NCBI GenBank assembly: GCA_034780895.1
Contig: JAUZTB010000072.1
Location: 14,554,373 to 14,618,372, forward strand
Direction: 5' to 3'
Source of the DNA: Rhynchobatus australiae
Lineage: Eukaryota
DNA length: 64,000 nt
The notes beneath the pieces were generated by a model. The model was not told the origin of the DNA, ran no database searches, and saw only the letters and a program-made list of their open reading frames with translations. Of this stretch, positions 23,776-35,959 are shown one piece after another; the stretch's first letter is position 1, and the number at the start of each line of letters is the position of its first letter. A program made the position numbers and the translations under genes.

Positions 23776-26700
23776 TCACCAGTACATTGGCAATACAGCT
23801 CCCACCTTCACTTCTATACGGATACTGCAAATCAGTCACTCCATTTTATTTGGTCACTGACGTTTCCATACAACCGCAATGCTGACTTTAAAGTTCCCAG
23901 GTATCAAGTTACACGGTTATGGCAATTTCCACATTACCTTCTGTGCTAGTGCTGCAAATCTGCAGTTCCTGTTACATTGTTACTGGACTTACCACNNNNN
24001 NNNNNNNNNNNNNNNNNNNNNNNNNNNNNNNNNNNNNNNNNNNNNNNNNNNNNNNNNNNNNNNNNNNNNNNNNNNNNNNNNNNNNNNNNNNNNNNATTGT
24101 TACTGGACTTACCACACACACCAAATAATTTGCTGACATTCCTCCCTTCAACACATCCTAATTTCCTCTTCACCTCCAGTCTTGTTGGTTTTACTGCTGC
24201 CCTCACATCTATCTTTGCTACCTTGCCAACTGGCAGCTCTTGGTACCTATAAAGAACAACATTATTTATAGAACATGTTTCACAGTGCTTCACGTGCAAT
24301 GTGAACTACTATTGTTAAGTGTGAACCTTGACAGTGTCACAATCTTCTCCCAGGAAATTTTAATTTAATAGAACATTTAATGTAATAAAATAACTGAAAA
24401 CACTTCAGGATGAGATAACTAATGGGAAAAAATGAACATAGGCATAACCAAACAAATGAGTTTTGAAGTAAAACAGGAAATACTAGTAATGCTCAATGGA
24501 TCTGTTGAGCATCTCCAGCATTTTCTGTTTTGTTACAGATTTCCAGCAACTGCAATACTTTGAAGAATATGTCAAAGGCAGCAAGAGGGGTAACAAATCA
24601 TAGAACAGGAACATGAAGACTTAAGAACAGATGTTAATTACTAGATTTGTTTGGAGCAACAGGGACAAGAAGATGCTTGGGAATCAAGTCAGGTAAGGAC
24701 CTGAAAGTTTTGATTTGAATCAAAATGGATGAATCCAATATTTTAGATGTTCAGTAGAAAAAATACTTTGTCATTCATGATTTGATGTCAGATAAGCTGC
24801 TATATTTTAAGCTCTGCAATTTGGTATAAAATATTCCCAGAGAACACAAAATATAGTACCAAAAATTCAGTACCCTTATTCGGTACACTGTGTCAAATCC
24901 AAAGCTAAAACTTGTTGGGTAGTACTGAATCTGATTTTATGTCAAAAGAAAAAGGTTAATTACAATACATTTAAACACTTGAACTAGGGATTCCTTTTAA
25001 GCATGATGCTGCATTTTAAAACCAAAATATGTGAATCCTATTCTTAAGGAGTGGGATAATAGGTGCCATCACAGGAATTCCCATCTAGATCCTCTCCTTG
25101 CTCAATATCTAGACAGTCATAATTTTAGCAGGAGCCTTCAGAAAGATTTAAGAATAGCGCAGGGAAGCATTAGGAAACTGGAACCATTTGTTGTAAATAT
25201 AAATGTGCACAGTAAGAACATTTTGTGATATCAAGTTCAGTTATCATAAGTGTGTCACTCTTTGGGTTTTGTGTTTCAATCTTCTGGGAGGCTCACACTT
25301 GGAGAAGACTGGAAGTTGAATAGTGATTTTTATGCAAATAGTNNNNNNNNNNNNNNNNNNNNNNNNNNNNNNNNNNNNNNNNNNNNNNNNNNNNNNNNNN
25401 NNNNNNNNNNNNNNNNNNNNNNNNNNNNNNNNNNNNNNNNNNNNNNNNNNNNNNNNNNNTTTAAAATCAGACAATTGGTCTACAGTTTTATTTCTGGGTG
25501 CCAATTTGAAGATCAAATCTACTTTCAACCAGATTTTCTTACTGAACCATATTTTCTGAAATATAAAATTAAAACAAAAAATGCTGCAAATACTCAGTGG
25601 AGGATTGCTTCAGGTCAAGGACCTTTCCATATAGACTGAGAAGCATTCCTTGTTGCTGATAAAGCAGAGGGTGAACAGAACAAAGGGAATGTTAATGATA
25701 GGATGGAGTCTAAGACAACGATACAAGTGTTGGTAGTGCTAGCTGAAAGAGGGTGTTGCAGGCTTGTTAATGGAAGCAGATCTCTCTGGACACAAATGTA
25801 GAGGGTGAGGAATGAGAACAGAATGGGAAAAAAGTGATGCTGGAATTGAAAAATCATCTGAAACAAAAGAGAATGCAAGAAATAGTCAGCATGTCAAACA
25901 GCATCTGTGGAGAGAGCAAACACACTGACCATTCATCAGAACTGACCAGTTTTGAAACAAGCCGTCCAGCTAGAAGATTGAGCAGAAAGTCTGTCCAAGT
26001 AACAAGTAATCTAGGCATGACGATTGCTGGCAAATGCTATGACAGACCCAGATTTACAAGCAATTGAAGATTTCATTCAGATGTAAATGTAGCAGCTACC
26101 TGGGTGTGGGAAACTAGTATGGCTATCTTTGATGATGACAGATACCCAAAAAGTTGTTACTTACTAAGGACTAAGGCACAAAGTTCCATTGATATCCTGA
26201 TTTCTGTGTCTTTGTTCTATGATCATGGTAACATGCTTATTTTCCTTTCAGTCTGAAAATATTAATCTGTATTCTCTTTTTGTGTTTGATGACTGATTAC
26301 TGTACATTTCCAGCATGGAGTACTTTGACTGATTTTGCAGCCATTTTCAGGGTATTCTCTTATATCACACTCTTCCAGCTCCAAGGCCCTTTTCAGTGAA
26401 TGGGAGCAAGGTTTGAGAGTCAATGTAATCCAGAATGCTCATAAAGAGATCAGACCCAGAGTCTGAAGAGTCAATGCTCTCAGTAAAAGGGATGGATAAA
26501 GCAATCTTTTGCTTTTGAATTTCATGGTGTGGTGTATGTAGTAGAAATGTTTGGTACACCTATGGAGTTCAGATAACCAACTTGAGAAAAAGATATGAAT
26601 GCTTGCATTGTGGAGTGGATGCTTCCCTGTAATACCTGTTCTTTAAAGTTCACAAACAAAATTGAGGATTGAGCAACTCACACACTTCGCAAAGCAGAAT

Positions 26701-28387
26701 ATTTGTGGCTAATTATTAACAGTTTCCACCAGGTATTTTGTTTGATGGTTCAGCAATGTGCAAAATTAAGTTTATTGTTAATCTTCAACCAATTTATTAA
26801 TATTTCAAATAATTCAAGTAGTTATTTGTTCTTGATACCAGTTAGTCCTGTACATAGTCTATTCCTGATCTTTTGAGTGATCTAGAGTTTGATTAATTTG
26901 AAGAACAACCACTACTGCAGGAATTAGCACAGGCCCCAGACTCACGGTATGTATTTACCAGTGTAGATTCCAAAGAGATACCTGAACTTGAACTTAAAAC
27001 TTTAAAATAATTAAATATTTAATCTGCATGCACAACTCAATTTCCTGTCGTCACAAGGCAACATTTTTTACATTATTAGTGCTTATGTCAAACTTTTGCA
27101 AACTTAAAACTGGGCATCACAAGTTATTTAAACAATTCTCTAAAAAAAAATTTATTTGAAAATTCTTGATGAGACTTCTGTTTCTATTGACTAAAATTTT
27201 CATTGTTCATATTGTAATGTATTTATCTGAAGGCTTCAGCTTGTCCTAAATGTCCGTACTAGTACTGGATATCTTTTCCTAGCACTGTGACACTCTGAGC
27301 TGAATTTAGATCAGGCAATCTGAACATGTTAATAGGAATTGCAAAGAGGACATGAAAGGAAACACAGAGATTAGGACAGGAAGGGTGAAGGGTCCCTGAG
27401 TGCCACATTTTCCTCAGGATCCCAAGGCCTACTAATATTAATGGCTTCTCTTCCTTGCCATGCTACATGTACCCCCCNNNNNNNNNNNNNNNNNNNNNNN
27501 NNNNNNNNNNNNNNNNNNNNNNNNNNNNNNNNNNNNNNNNNNNNNNNNNNNNNNNNNNNNNNNNNNNNNNNNNNNNNNNNNNNNNNNNNNNNNNNNNNNN
27601 NNNNNNNNNNNNNNNNNNNNNNNNNNNNNNNNNNNNNNNNNNNNNNNNNNNNNNNNNNNNNNNNNNNNNNNNNNNNNNNNNNNNNNNNNNNNNNNNNNNN
27701 NNNNNNNNNNNNNNNNNNNNNNNNNNNNNNNNNNNNNNNNNNNNNNNNNNNNNNNNNNNNNNNNNNNNNNNNNNNNNNNNNNNNNNNNNNNNNNNNNNNN
27801 NNNNNNNNNNNNNNNNNGCAAGAGCTTGATTCACCCCAATAATCATCTGAAAAAAAAAGAGGATATATGTGTGCATGAAATTATGTTCAATTTAACATGA
27901 AGGATATGCATGTATTTGGATTATTTCTTCCTAATTCATCCATGACCTCTTTTGTACCTTCCAAGTTAGCCCACGATGCATCCACTCTTGGAATATTTTT
28001 GAGCATAACTTGGTTACCTAAGGGACATAAGAAATAGAATCAGAAGCTTGCACCATGACCCTTCAAACCTCAATTTCATTCTTGAATATACTCAACCATT
28101 AAGCATCAGAAGCCCTGAAGTAAAGAATTACAAAGATTTGTTGCACTCTGCACAAAGAAGTTTCTCTTTTTCTCAGTGCCTAAACAGCTAGTTCTTACCT
28201 TGAGGCTAAGTGTTGACTTTCCAACCACAGAATATTTGCTCTTCAGACTCCCAAGCTAGTTCATCGGATTATGCATGGAGAAACCAAAAGTGCAACCAGT
28301 TAAATAGTTGATCAGATGGCTGGGCTGATTGTCCTTGGGAGCATTAAGGTGTACTTTATGTTTTCCATTGCAGAGTGCACTCAATCA

Positions 28388-28960
28388 TTAGATACAAGTT
28401 ATGAAGGAACCAATATTGATGGTAAAAGGAGAGTGGCACTGGATGGGAGGCAATGTAAAGCCTGACAAGGCTATGACCCAGTCTGACTTTTTCTTGACCA
28501 AATTGCCTATTTCTTTCATAATAATGCTTCTTTCAGTGTGTGGTTGAATTCTTTGCCACCCATTGGACGCTGGGTTGTAGAAGACTTGGAAACGTTTTTC
28601 CTCTCCAATCAAGCGGCACAGATGAATCATCACATCCGCTGTAAAATGTGATCTGTTTTTGATTTCTAGCTTCTTTGGAAGACCCCAAGAGATAAATGTT
28701 GTACCCACAGAATCTTAGCATTATTGGTTGCATAACTTTTCTAGGCAGGAAGCACCCTATCTGGTGAGCACATAGATAAATCACTTCTACCTATGCTGAA
28801 CACGACAAAATTTTTCTTGTACCCATTGGAACGCGACAAAAATTTTTCTCTCCACTATATCAAAAACTGCATTGGTGCCACCTCTTGTACCCATGCAAAA
28901 CTTGACAAAATTTCATCCAGATTCCATCATCTGCAGTCCTTTGTTTCTCTAGATAAATCA
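28388..28960 (-). mobile_element. Fossil LTR-retroelement/endogenous retrovirus integrase core
   Basis: FISWGLPKKLEIKNRSHFTADVMIHLCRLIGEEKRFQVFYNPASNG, then frameshifted EFNHTLKEAL, then DWVIAL...HSPF. Colinear with the rve integrase consensus. Confidence 0.72.
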
Positions 28961-29179
28961 TCAAGGTGCATCAAAATTTAGGTGAAATATTTTCCAATAG
29001 TAAACAATATTGTATTGCTCTACATAATCCTTTCACTTCATTGAATAGTCACCATAAGACTACCCATAATTAAACAAATGAAATATATATAGTATCCAGA
29101 CATTATTGAATACCATGAAGCATTTTATCATTATTACTAGCTTGAAAAATGTTTTAAAATGTATAGGAGAATAAAGTGT

Positions 29180-29680
29180 ACAAGTCAGATCTTCCATAAT
29201 CCAGTCAGCTCTTGTATGGTCTACTTCACCTATATTCTATGCATTGGTTAATGAATGAATGCATCTTGTATATCCTTTTAACCAATCTATCTACTCATTC
29301 TGTTAATTTTTTTAAGGATGTACAAACATGCATTCTAAGATCCCTTTGTTCCTCGATATTTCTTAATATTGCCCATATATTGTACATTCCTTTTTCATTT
29401 CTTTGCACTTGCCCAATGACACTTACCTCAAACTGACCATGATAAAATTTCCATTTGCTACTCTTCTATCCAATTGATCAGATCATTTCTCTCCTCCATT
29501 TCATTAAAACCTCTTTTATCAAACATGCTATTTTCACAACATCCACAAACTTCTTTATCACACCCCAATATCAAAGTCTTATTTGATATAACATACAACA
29601 AAAAGCAAAGGACAGAGCACTGAATTTTGTGGAACCCCATTCATTCCAGTACTGAAAACGCTCACCTGTCATTTCCTTTT
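29180..29680 (-). mobile_element. Decayed CR1-type RT fragment
   Basis: Antisense ORF GFHKIQCSVLCFLLYVISNK (decayed GVPQGSVLGPLLF) plus later CR1 motifs. Confidence 0.55.
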
Positions 29681-30099
29681 ACTCACTGCCACCAAAAAAG
29701 TTGTGGAAAAATTGTTAAATTAACAGAATCTTTAAATTTCTGTTTCAATTTGTTTATTTTTCCCTGTCTGACTACAACCACCAGTTTTTAAAGTAGTGTT
29801 ACCTTGACAACTTTAATCTGCACCTCATTATTGACATTCCCTGTGTTTTCTCCGCCCCTTCCCCTTTCTGCAATTTAACATTCTTGCTCAAGGGTCATTG
29901 AGCTAAAACGTCGATCCTCTTCCTCTTCCCCTTCCCACTGATGCTGCATCTGCTGCTGAGTGCTTCCAACACCTTCTGTTTGTATATCACATTAATAGCA
30001 TCTGCATTCTTGCTTTAATTAATAATTTAAGGGATTGGTAGGTTTTGCAAATGCATTAATGGGAATCCTAGTGGAGTGTTTTCGTTTGATGATGTGAAG

Positions 30100-30620
30100 G
30101 GTGGTTCATGAATCAATTGCTGAGCTCCCTCCTGCAGCCCATTGCACTTGCTGTGCCCCCGCCCCTCCCCTGGTCACGTGCTCACAGCTCGCCCCGCCCT
30201 GTCAGAACACGGCCTGTTCTCGCGAGAGCCACTGCGAGACCGATTCAAGATGGCGGAGGCCGAGGTCGGCAAGAAGGTGGAGCGGTGCGTGGCGGATGCG
30301 GTGGTGAAATTAGGTAAAGTTGAGCTGAGTGCGGGTCATCTTGCGGGATGTACCCTTTCCACTGAGGACTGTTTTCGTGGAGCGGCGTGTCGCTGAGTGC
30401 TCAATGATTGAGTCTTGGGCCTAACTTGTCGGCGGTGGCCGGGGTGCCCTGTCATTGATTCGGTCCCCGGGGGCAGCCCACTGGGTACAGCCGCAGGGCC
30501 GCGATGTCCTCTCCCTTGAAGCAATCTGCCCCTTTAGACTGTTCTCATTAATTAACTTCTCCATTTTTGGTAACCGCATCGAAGCGCCACCGTTCTTCAT
30601 GCGTTAGCCTGACTGGTGAG
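30100..30620 (+). promoter_or_regulatory. MICOS10 CpG-island housekeeping promoter
   Basis: GC boxes (30157-30165, 30191-30199), E-box GTCACGTG (30173-30180), palindrome TCTCGCGAGA (30218-30227), and a YY1-type CAAGATGGCGG overlapping the start codon. Confidence 0.85.
30250..30313 (+). CDS. MICOS10: MICOS complex subunit Mic10, coding exon 1 (MAEAEVGKKVERCVADAVVKL-G)
   Basis: ATG in AAGATGGCGG context inside a CpG island. Translation resembles human MSESELGRKWDRCLADAVVKIG. 64 nt, ending phase 1 at G|gtaaag. Confidence 0.95.
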
Positions 30621-31429
30621 TTGGCCCTTTGACCTTGGTGCGTTAGGAGCAGGAGGAAAGAAAGATTCACTTCTATTTATGTAGCTCCCTTCATGGCGTC
30701 GGGTCGGTATGAAATGCTTAACGGCTCAAGGGGGAAAAATGTGTAGATATTCTTCTGTTATGAGGCAGTCTGTGTATGGATATTGGGTGAGGACAAGATC
30801 AAATAATACTAGATGACAACAGTTAAATCAATGCGGGGTGGGGTGGCGGTGGAGAGACAAATTGGTAAGTTGACTCCAAACCTGAAACAATATGGCTGTT
30901 CTTTAAAGACTTTTATTTATGGCATCTTTTCCTGATTTCAAGCACCTGTTTGAGGCTCATTCCAGGCCTGGCTGCAATCCACAACAGGAAAGTAAAGAAA
31001 TAACTATCAGGTTGTTATATTGTGTTCAAAATCCTGCATGATCTTGACCCAAATATGTCTGTAGCCACCTCCAACTGCTAGAGAATTCTGGCCTCCAACC
31101 CACTTTACATACTTGCGGCAGCCATTGTGACCCTAAATCTTGGATTCCTGTCCCAGATATCTGTGCCTCTTCACCAAATTGTCTTTGAGATGTTGCTTAA
31201 AACTTAACTCTTTAACAGCTTTTGATCACCATGTAACTCTATCAATTTCTGTCATAATATGTTCCTGTGATCTACTTGGAAGCATTATACAATGGAAATG
31301 GTGCTATGTGAGTGCAGGTTATTGTTGCTACACAAGCATACTCCAAAGTTTTTCACAGCTATGTAATTACTTTGGAAGCATAATCATTGTGTACATGTTG
31401 GCACAGCATAATCCACACTTTTATAAGAT

Positions 31430-31692
31430 AGCTTTATTAATCAGATGTACATTGAAACGCAGAGAAATGCAGCTTTTGTGTAGAATGTTCTGGGGGCAGC
31501 CTACAAGTGTTGCCATGCTTCTGGCGCCAACATAGTATGCCCACAACTTCCTAACCCATATGTCTTTTTGGATTGTGGGAGGAAACCGGAGCACCCAGAG
31601 GAAACCCACGCAGATATGGGGAGAACGTACAAACTCCTTACAGACAGTGGCCAGAATTGAACACGGGTCGTTGGCGCTACACTACCGTGCAT
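31430..31692 (-). mobile_element. tRNA-derived V-SINE (HE1-like core)
   Basis: Antisense shows a tRNA-like head gcacggtagtgtagcg...gttcaattc and the V domain ggagtttgtacgttctcccc...gtgggtttcctctgggtgctccggtttcctcccaca. Confidence 0.88.
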
Positions 31693-32554
31693 TCATGGTA
31701 GTTGAAAAGTGAATGTTGACTAGGACACTTTAATTATTGCCATAGTTCTTTTATGTCAACTTGGTGGAGGAAGATGGGATATCAGTTTGAGGTGTTAACT
31801 GAAAGTTTGAACTTCTACTAAGAGTTCCACAGTATTGTGAAGTAGGTTACTTTGGCTCATACACTTTGAAATGCTATTTGGATGAGGAAGAAGTGAAGAG
31901 AAAACGTGCAATGACTTGAACAATGTTGAGGAAACTAAGCAAATGAAAGCTGTGTCAGGAAAGACTCGGAGATGTTTTTAGTGCATAATAATTTAATCAC
32001 TAATCCATTTGGGGACTTAGCAATGTCTGGTGATCCTTTTGTATTTCCCTGATTAAATAATCTTGGAATTAATAATAGTACAAACATTAGCTGATTTGGT
32101 GAAGTTCTGGTACCTGCGACATGATGGTTAATTACTCTGATTACTTTTGTGACGTGAAGGTACCAAATTTACAGGTTGTGACTATATTTGATTAAATTAA
32201 AAGTCTCACAGGAAAGGAGGTGTCTTCCGAGTAACCCATCTCTTCTGTCCTGCTGACAGGGCTTGACTCTGCTCTTTGCCTGCCTGCATGTGCATTTAGG
32301 CTTCTAGCTTTTTATTTCCCCCTCTTTCCTCCTGTTACCTTCACTTCCTTTCATCCCGTCACCCCATGTTTATTTCTCTGCACTCGATCATTGCAAGGTT
32401 AGATTGGTTGTCTTGGATGTGGCAATAAATCCACTAACTAAATGTTGGGAAGACCAAAGCCTTCATCTTTTGCTCTTTATGACAAGANNNNNNNNNNTTC
32501 GCAAGTATTCTACACATAATGCCAGTCATGTCTTGGTATCCTGATGGGTGATTC

Positions 32555-32865
32555 AGCAGGCAGTGCTGCTATCCTGCAATTTCAATAACCCGGGTTTAAA
32601 ATCTCAACTTTTTGATACTGTCAGTGTGAAGTTTGTGCTTTTTTTGTGATTGCATAATTTCCACTGGGTGTTCCAGTTTCCATCCACATCTCAAAGATGT
32701 GATAGTTGGGTGATTAATTGTAAATATCCCTAATATAGGTGGGTGATCAGAGAATCAGGGTGGAGTAGATAGGCATGTGAGAGAAAATAAGTTACAGAGA
32801 ATGGAATTGTTATGAGAACCAGTGGAGATTTTTTAGGACTAAATGGCCATCTTCTGCATTGCAAA
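32555..32865 (+). mobile_element. Decayed V-SINE
   Basis: gtgtgaagtttgtgc...tttccactgggtgttccagtttccatccacatctcaaagatgtg. Confidence 0.7.
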
Positions 32866-34289
32866 GGCTACTTATTTCTACATCTGTAACTTTCAAGGTA
32901 TCCAAGCATTGTGGTTGTGTAACATTGAGGGACACAAACTAATGATTCAAGCCATGACAGGTGTAGAATTTAAATTTAGTTTCACGGTTTTAACAGATAC
33001 TGACTTCTTTACTTCAGATATAATTAACCAACTTGTTTTCTTAAGAAAAAAGTAACTCACTTATGAAAGGAAAAAATCTGTTGCCTTTACCTTGGTTGGC
33101 CCACATTTGACACCAGACCCACATCTGTGAGATTGGTTCTTAATTGCCATCTGCAGTGATCTAGTTGTCACATAATTGTATTAAAGATTGTGATGCACTT
33201 TTAGTGGGTTGCCTTCTGTGTATGGAGTGTTGCATTTCAAGAAAGTTTCTTGTGGTCATGTAGTTACAGATAAAAGTGCTGACCTTCGCCAGTGATGCCT
33301 ACATCCTGCAAATTAATTTTAAAATCTTCTGCCTCTGCTACTGAAGCCCTCTTTGACATCTTTAATCCCCCATTCNNNNNNNNNNNNNNNNNNNNNNNNN
33401 NNNNNNNNNNNNNNNNNNNNNNNNNNNNNNNNNNNNNNNNNNNNNNNNNNNNNNNNNNNNNNNNNNNNNNNNNNNCTTAGTAACTGCTCTCCTGCACCAA
33501 ATCCTAATCAGACATTACCTAAATTGCTAACTTGTTTTAGTTCCCAGTCACAAATACTTCAAATGTGAAATTGCCTTTCTTGTATATAAACTCCTTTTAT
33601 GAACTCCTTTTTAAAGGTTGGCACAACATGGTGGGCCGAAGGGCCTGTATTGTGCTGTATTGTTCTATGAATTTGCTGCATGCTATCTCTGAAGCCTTGG
33701 CCTACTGACAGTAAACGGTAATGTTTTTTTCTTCTTCCCTCCCCATCCCCCTCCCTCCCCATACTTTGTATAAAGTTTGTGCATATCCCTTCCTTTGGTT
33801 TCACTGTTGACAAACATCCCTTGAGATGAAACAGATGATCACTTGGCTGTTTCTGGTCACCTCTTATTGTGGTGAAATTAGTTGCCATGTTTCTTATATT
33901 ATAGCTGTGTGTGTATAGACTGTGAAGTGCTTTGGGATGTCTTGAAAAGCATTTGATACATACAAGACTGTCTGTGTTGCTCTCCACAGCTCATGTTGTG
34001 TTATTGTGGAAGTGCAATGTTTACAGGCATACAAATCTGAAAGTTGACAGCTCTACAATGGAAGATTCCTTTAGCAGAAACGGGGTTCTAGAAAAAAAAC
34101 GTGAATTTCTAAAGTGGAGTTTGAACCTATTGTCACCTGGGCTCATAGGTGAGACATGTCAACAGAGGTAAGTTACATTATGGTAGAGTTGAGATGAGAG
34201 AGACTTTGAAGTTATGATGGTGATCCAGTGAACAGATGCATAATCCCATGAAGTATAATGCCATATAGAGTGAAGAAAAAGTAAATGCA

Positions 34290-34600
34290 TTTCAAATGGA
34301 TTAATTCTTGGTATGAAGGACTGTCTTATCTAGAAGAGTTAAGCACATTGGCTGTTTTGGAGTTTAGGAGAAAGGTGTGTGATCTTGCTGAGATAAGTAA
34401 GATTTTAAGAAGACTTAACAAGGGTAGATGCTGAAAGCATCTTTTGAGAAAATCTACATTTAGGGAAAATTTCAGAAGGAAGGCTCATCCATCTAAGATG
34501 AATAGGAATTGCTTCCCTCAGAAGGTCATGAATCTTTGGAATTGTTTACAGTTGTTAACAAATATTTATAGCAAATTATCTTTTGATCTATGAAGAGAGA
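34290..34600 (+). mobile_element. Decayed CR1 3' fragment
   Basis: ggtatgaaggactgtcttat...ttggagtttagg...gaatctttggaattg, homologous to 16750-17050. Confidence 0.6.
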
Positions 34601-35299
34601 TGAGAATAATCTTTCTAAAATTCACATAGCAAATAACAGGTTTTCACTGTATTGCTGAGAGAAAACCTGTAAAGAAAATATTATGCTACATAAGTAGCAG
34701 CTCCTGCTAATTTTAAAGAGCTGTTATGATAGTTTTCATGCTGTATTTAGTTAGTGTGGTTTACAGTTAGCTCAGAAATAAAAGCAGACTTTCAGATGTT
34801 TTTGGGAGGTGAAGTAAATATTTGCATAATGCTTTTTTTTTGCTACTGTCCTACTTGTGGGATGTTCTTAATAAATGGTAGCACTCCAGTATTACCCCGA
34901 GACTTGAGCCAACCATGCTTTGGATATGATGCTTGTCGTGACTGAACACTCAACACCCTTTTAGAAATCATTGGAAGCAAGAGTTCTTAAATTTTATTTT
35001 GTCCTCTTTGAGCCTAATTGCAGATCCTTTCAATCCTTCCCTGGATCTTGATTTATAGACTGAAAATTATCCTTGGAACCTTTTGTGTGGCTGAACATGT
35101 TAACCCATNNNNNNNNNNNNNNNNNNNNNNNNNNNNNNNNNNNNNNNNNNNNNNNNNAGGAAAAACAAATTTTATTTCTTTGCAATGTGCCTGATGATTT
35201 ATCTTAAATTGCCCACATGTACTTTGCCCAAACTCAGTAACACTATCTCCATACATGCAGCCAATTACAGATGAGTAGTATTACTTTTTTTTGCGTTGG

Positions 35300-35930
35300 T
35301 TCTATTTCCCATGCTTCTGTTCTGACCTCCTCTTCCCACCCAAAGCAAGGATACAGTTCCCTTTGTCCTTGGCTTGCATCCCACTGCCTTCCATATTCTG
35401 AAATTTCCACCACCTTCAACTAGATGTTATCACCTCCCCTCCTCTCCTTTCAGCATTGCAAAGGGATTGACTTTCTTATTCAGTCTTCTGTCTGCACCAA
35501 TGCCCATTCCTCTTCTCATGGCACCTCTGATGCAAAGGTAGGAGATGTAACAGCTGTGTTTTTACCTCTTCCCTTACCGTTCCAGGAACTCCAAAAGCTC
35601 TTTTCAGATAACACAGCAATCCACTTGCACTTTTGTCCAATCTTGTGCATTACATTCAATGGTTATGGTATAATTTCCACTACAGTGGGGAAATAGAATG
35701 CAAATTAGGTGACTGCTCTGCAGAGCACCTCGGTTCTATCCACAAGTGTGACACTGCACTTCCACTTGCCTGCCACTTTAATTCTAAATCCCACTCTGTC
35801 TTTGGCCTCCCTCAGTGGACCTTTTGAAGAGCATAAGCTTGAGAAACAATCTCATCTTCCATTTGGGCATGCCACAACCCCCATGATTGAATGTTTAGTT
35901 CAGCAATTTCAAATTACTACCCTTATCAAT
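35300..35930 (+). mobile_element. Penelope-like element, GIY-YIG endonuclease remnant
   Basis: ORF SNLVHYIQWLWYNFHYSGEIECKLGDCSAEHLGSIHKCDTALPLACHFNS resembles the PLE SNLVYCI.C..C..LYIGETKRRLGDRFAEHL...VA.HFNS motif, followed by KLEKQSHL. Confidence 0.82.
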
Positions 35931-35959
35931 TTGTCAGAATTGGCCAGTTGTGGTGTAAG

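Noticed and set aside
30314-30396. Extension of the Mic10 ORF (KVELSAGHLAG...)
   Set aside because: Read-through into intron 1 past the donor at 30313.
31640-31692. tRNA gene
   Set aside because: It is the tRNA-derived head of a V-SINE, not a full cloverleaf.
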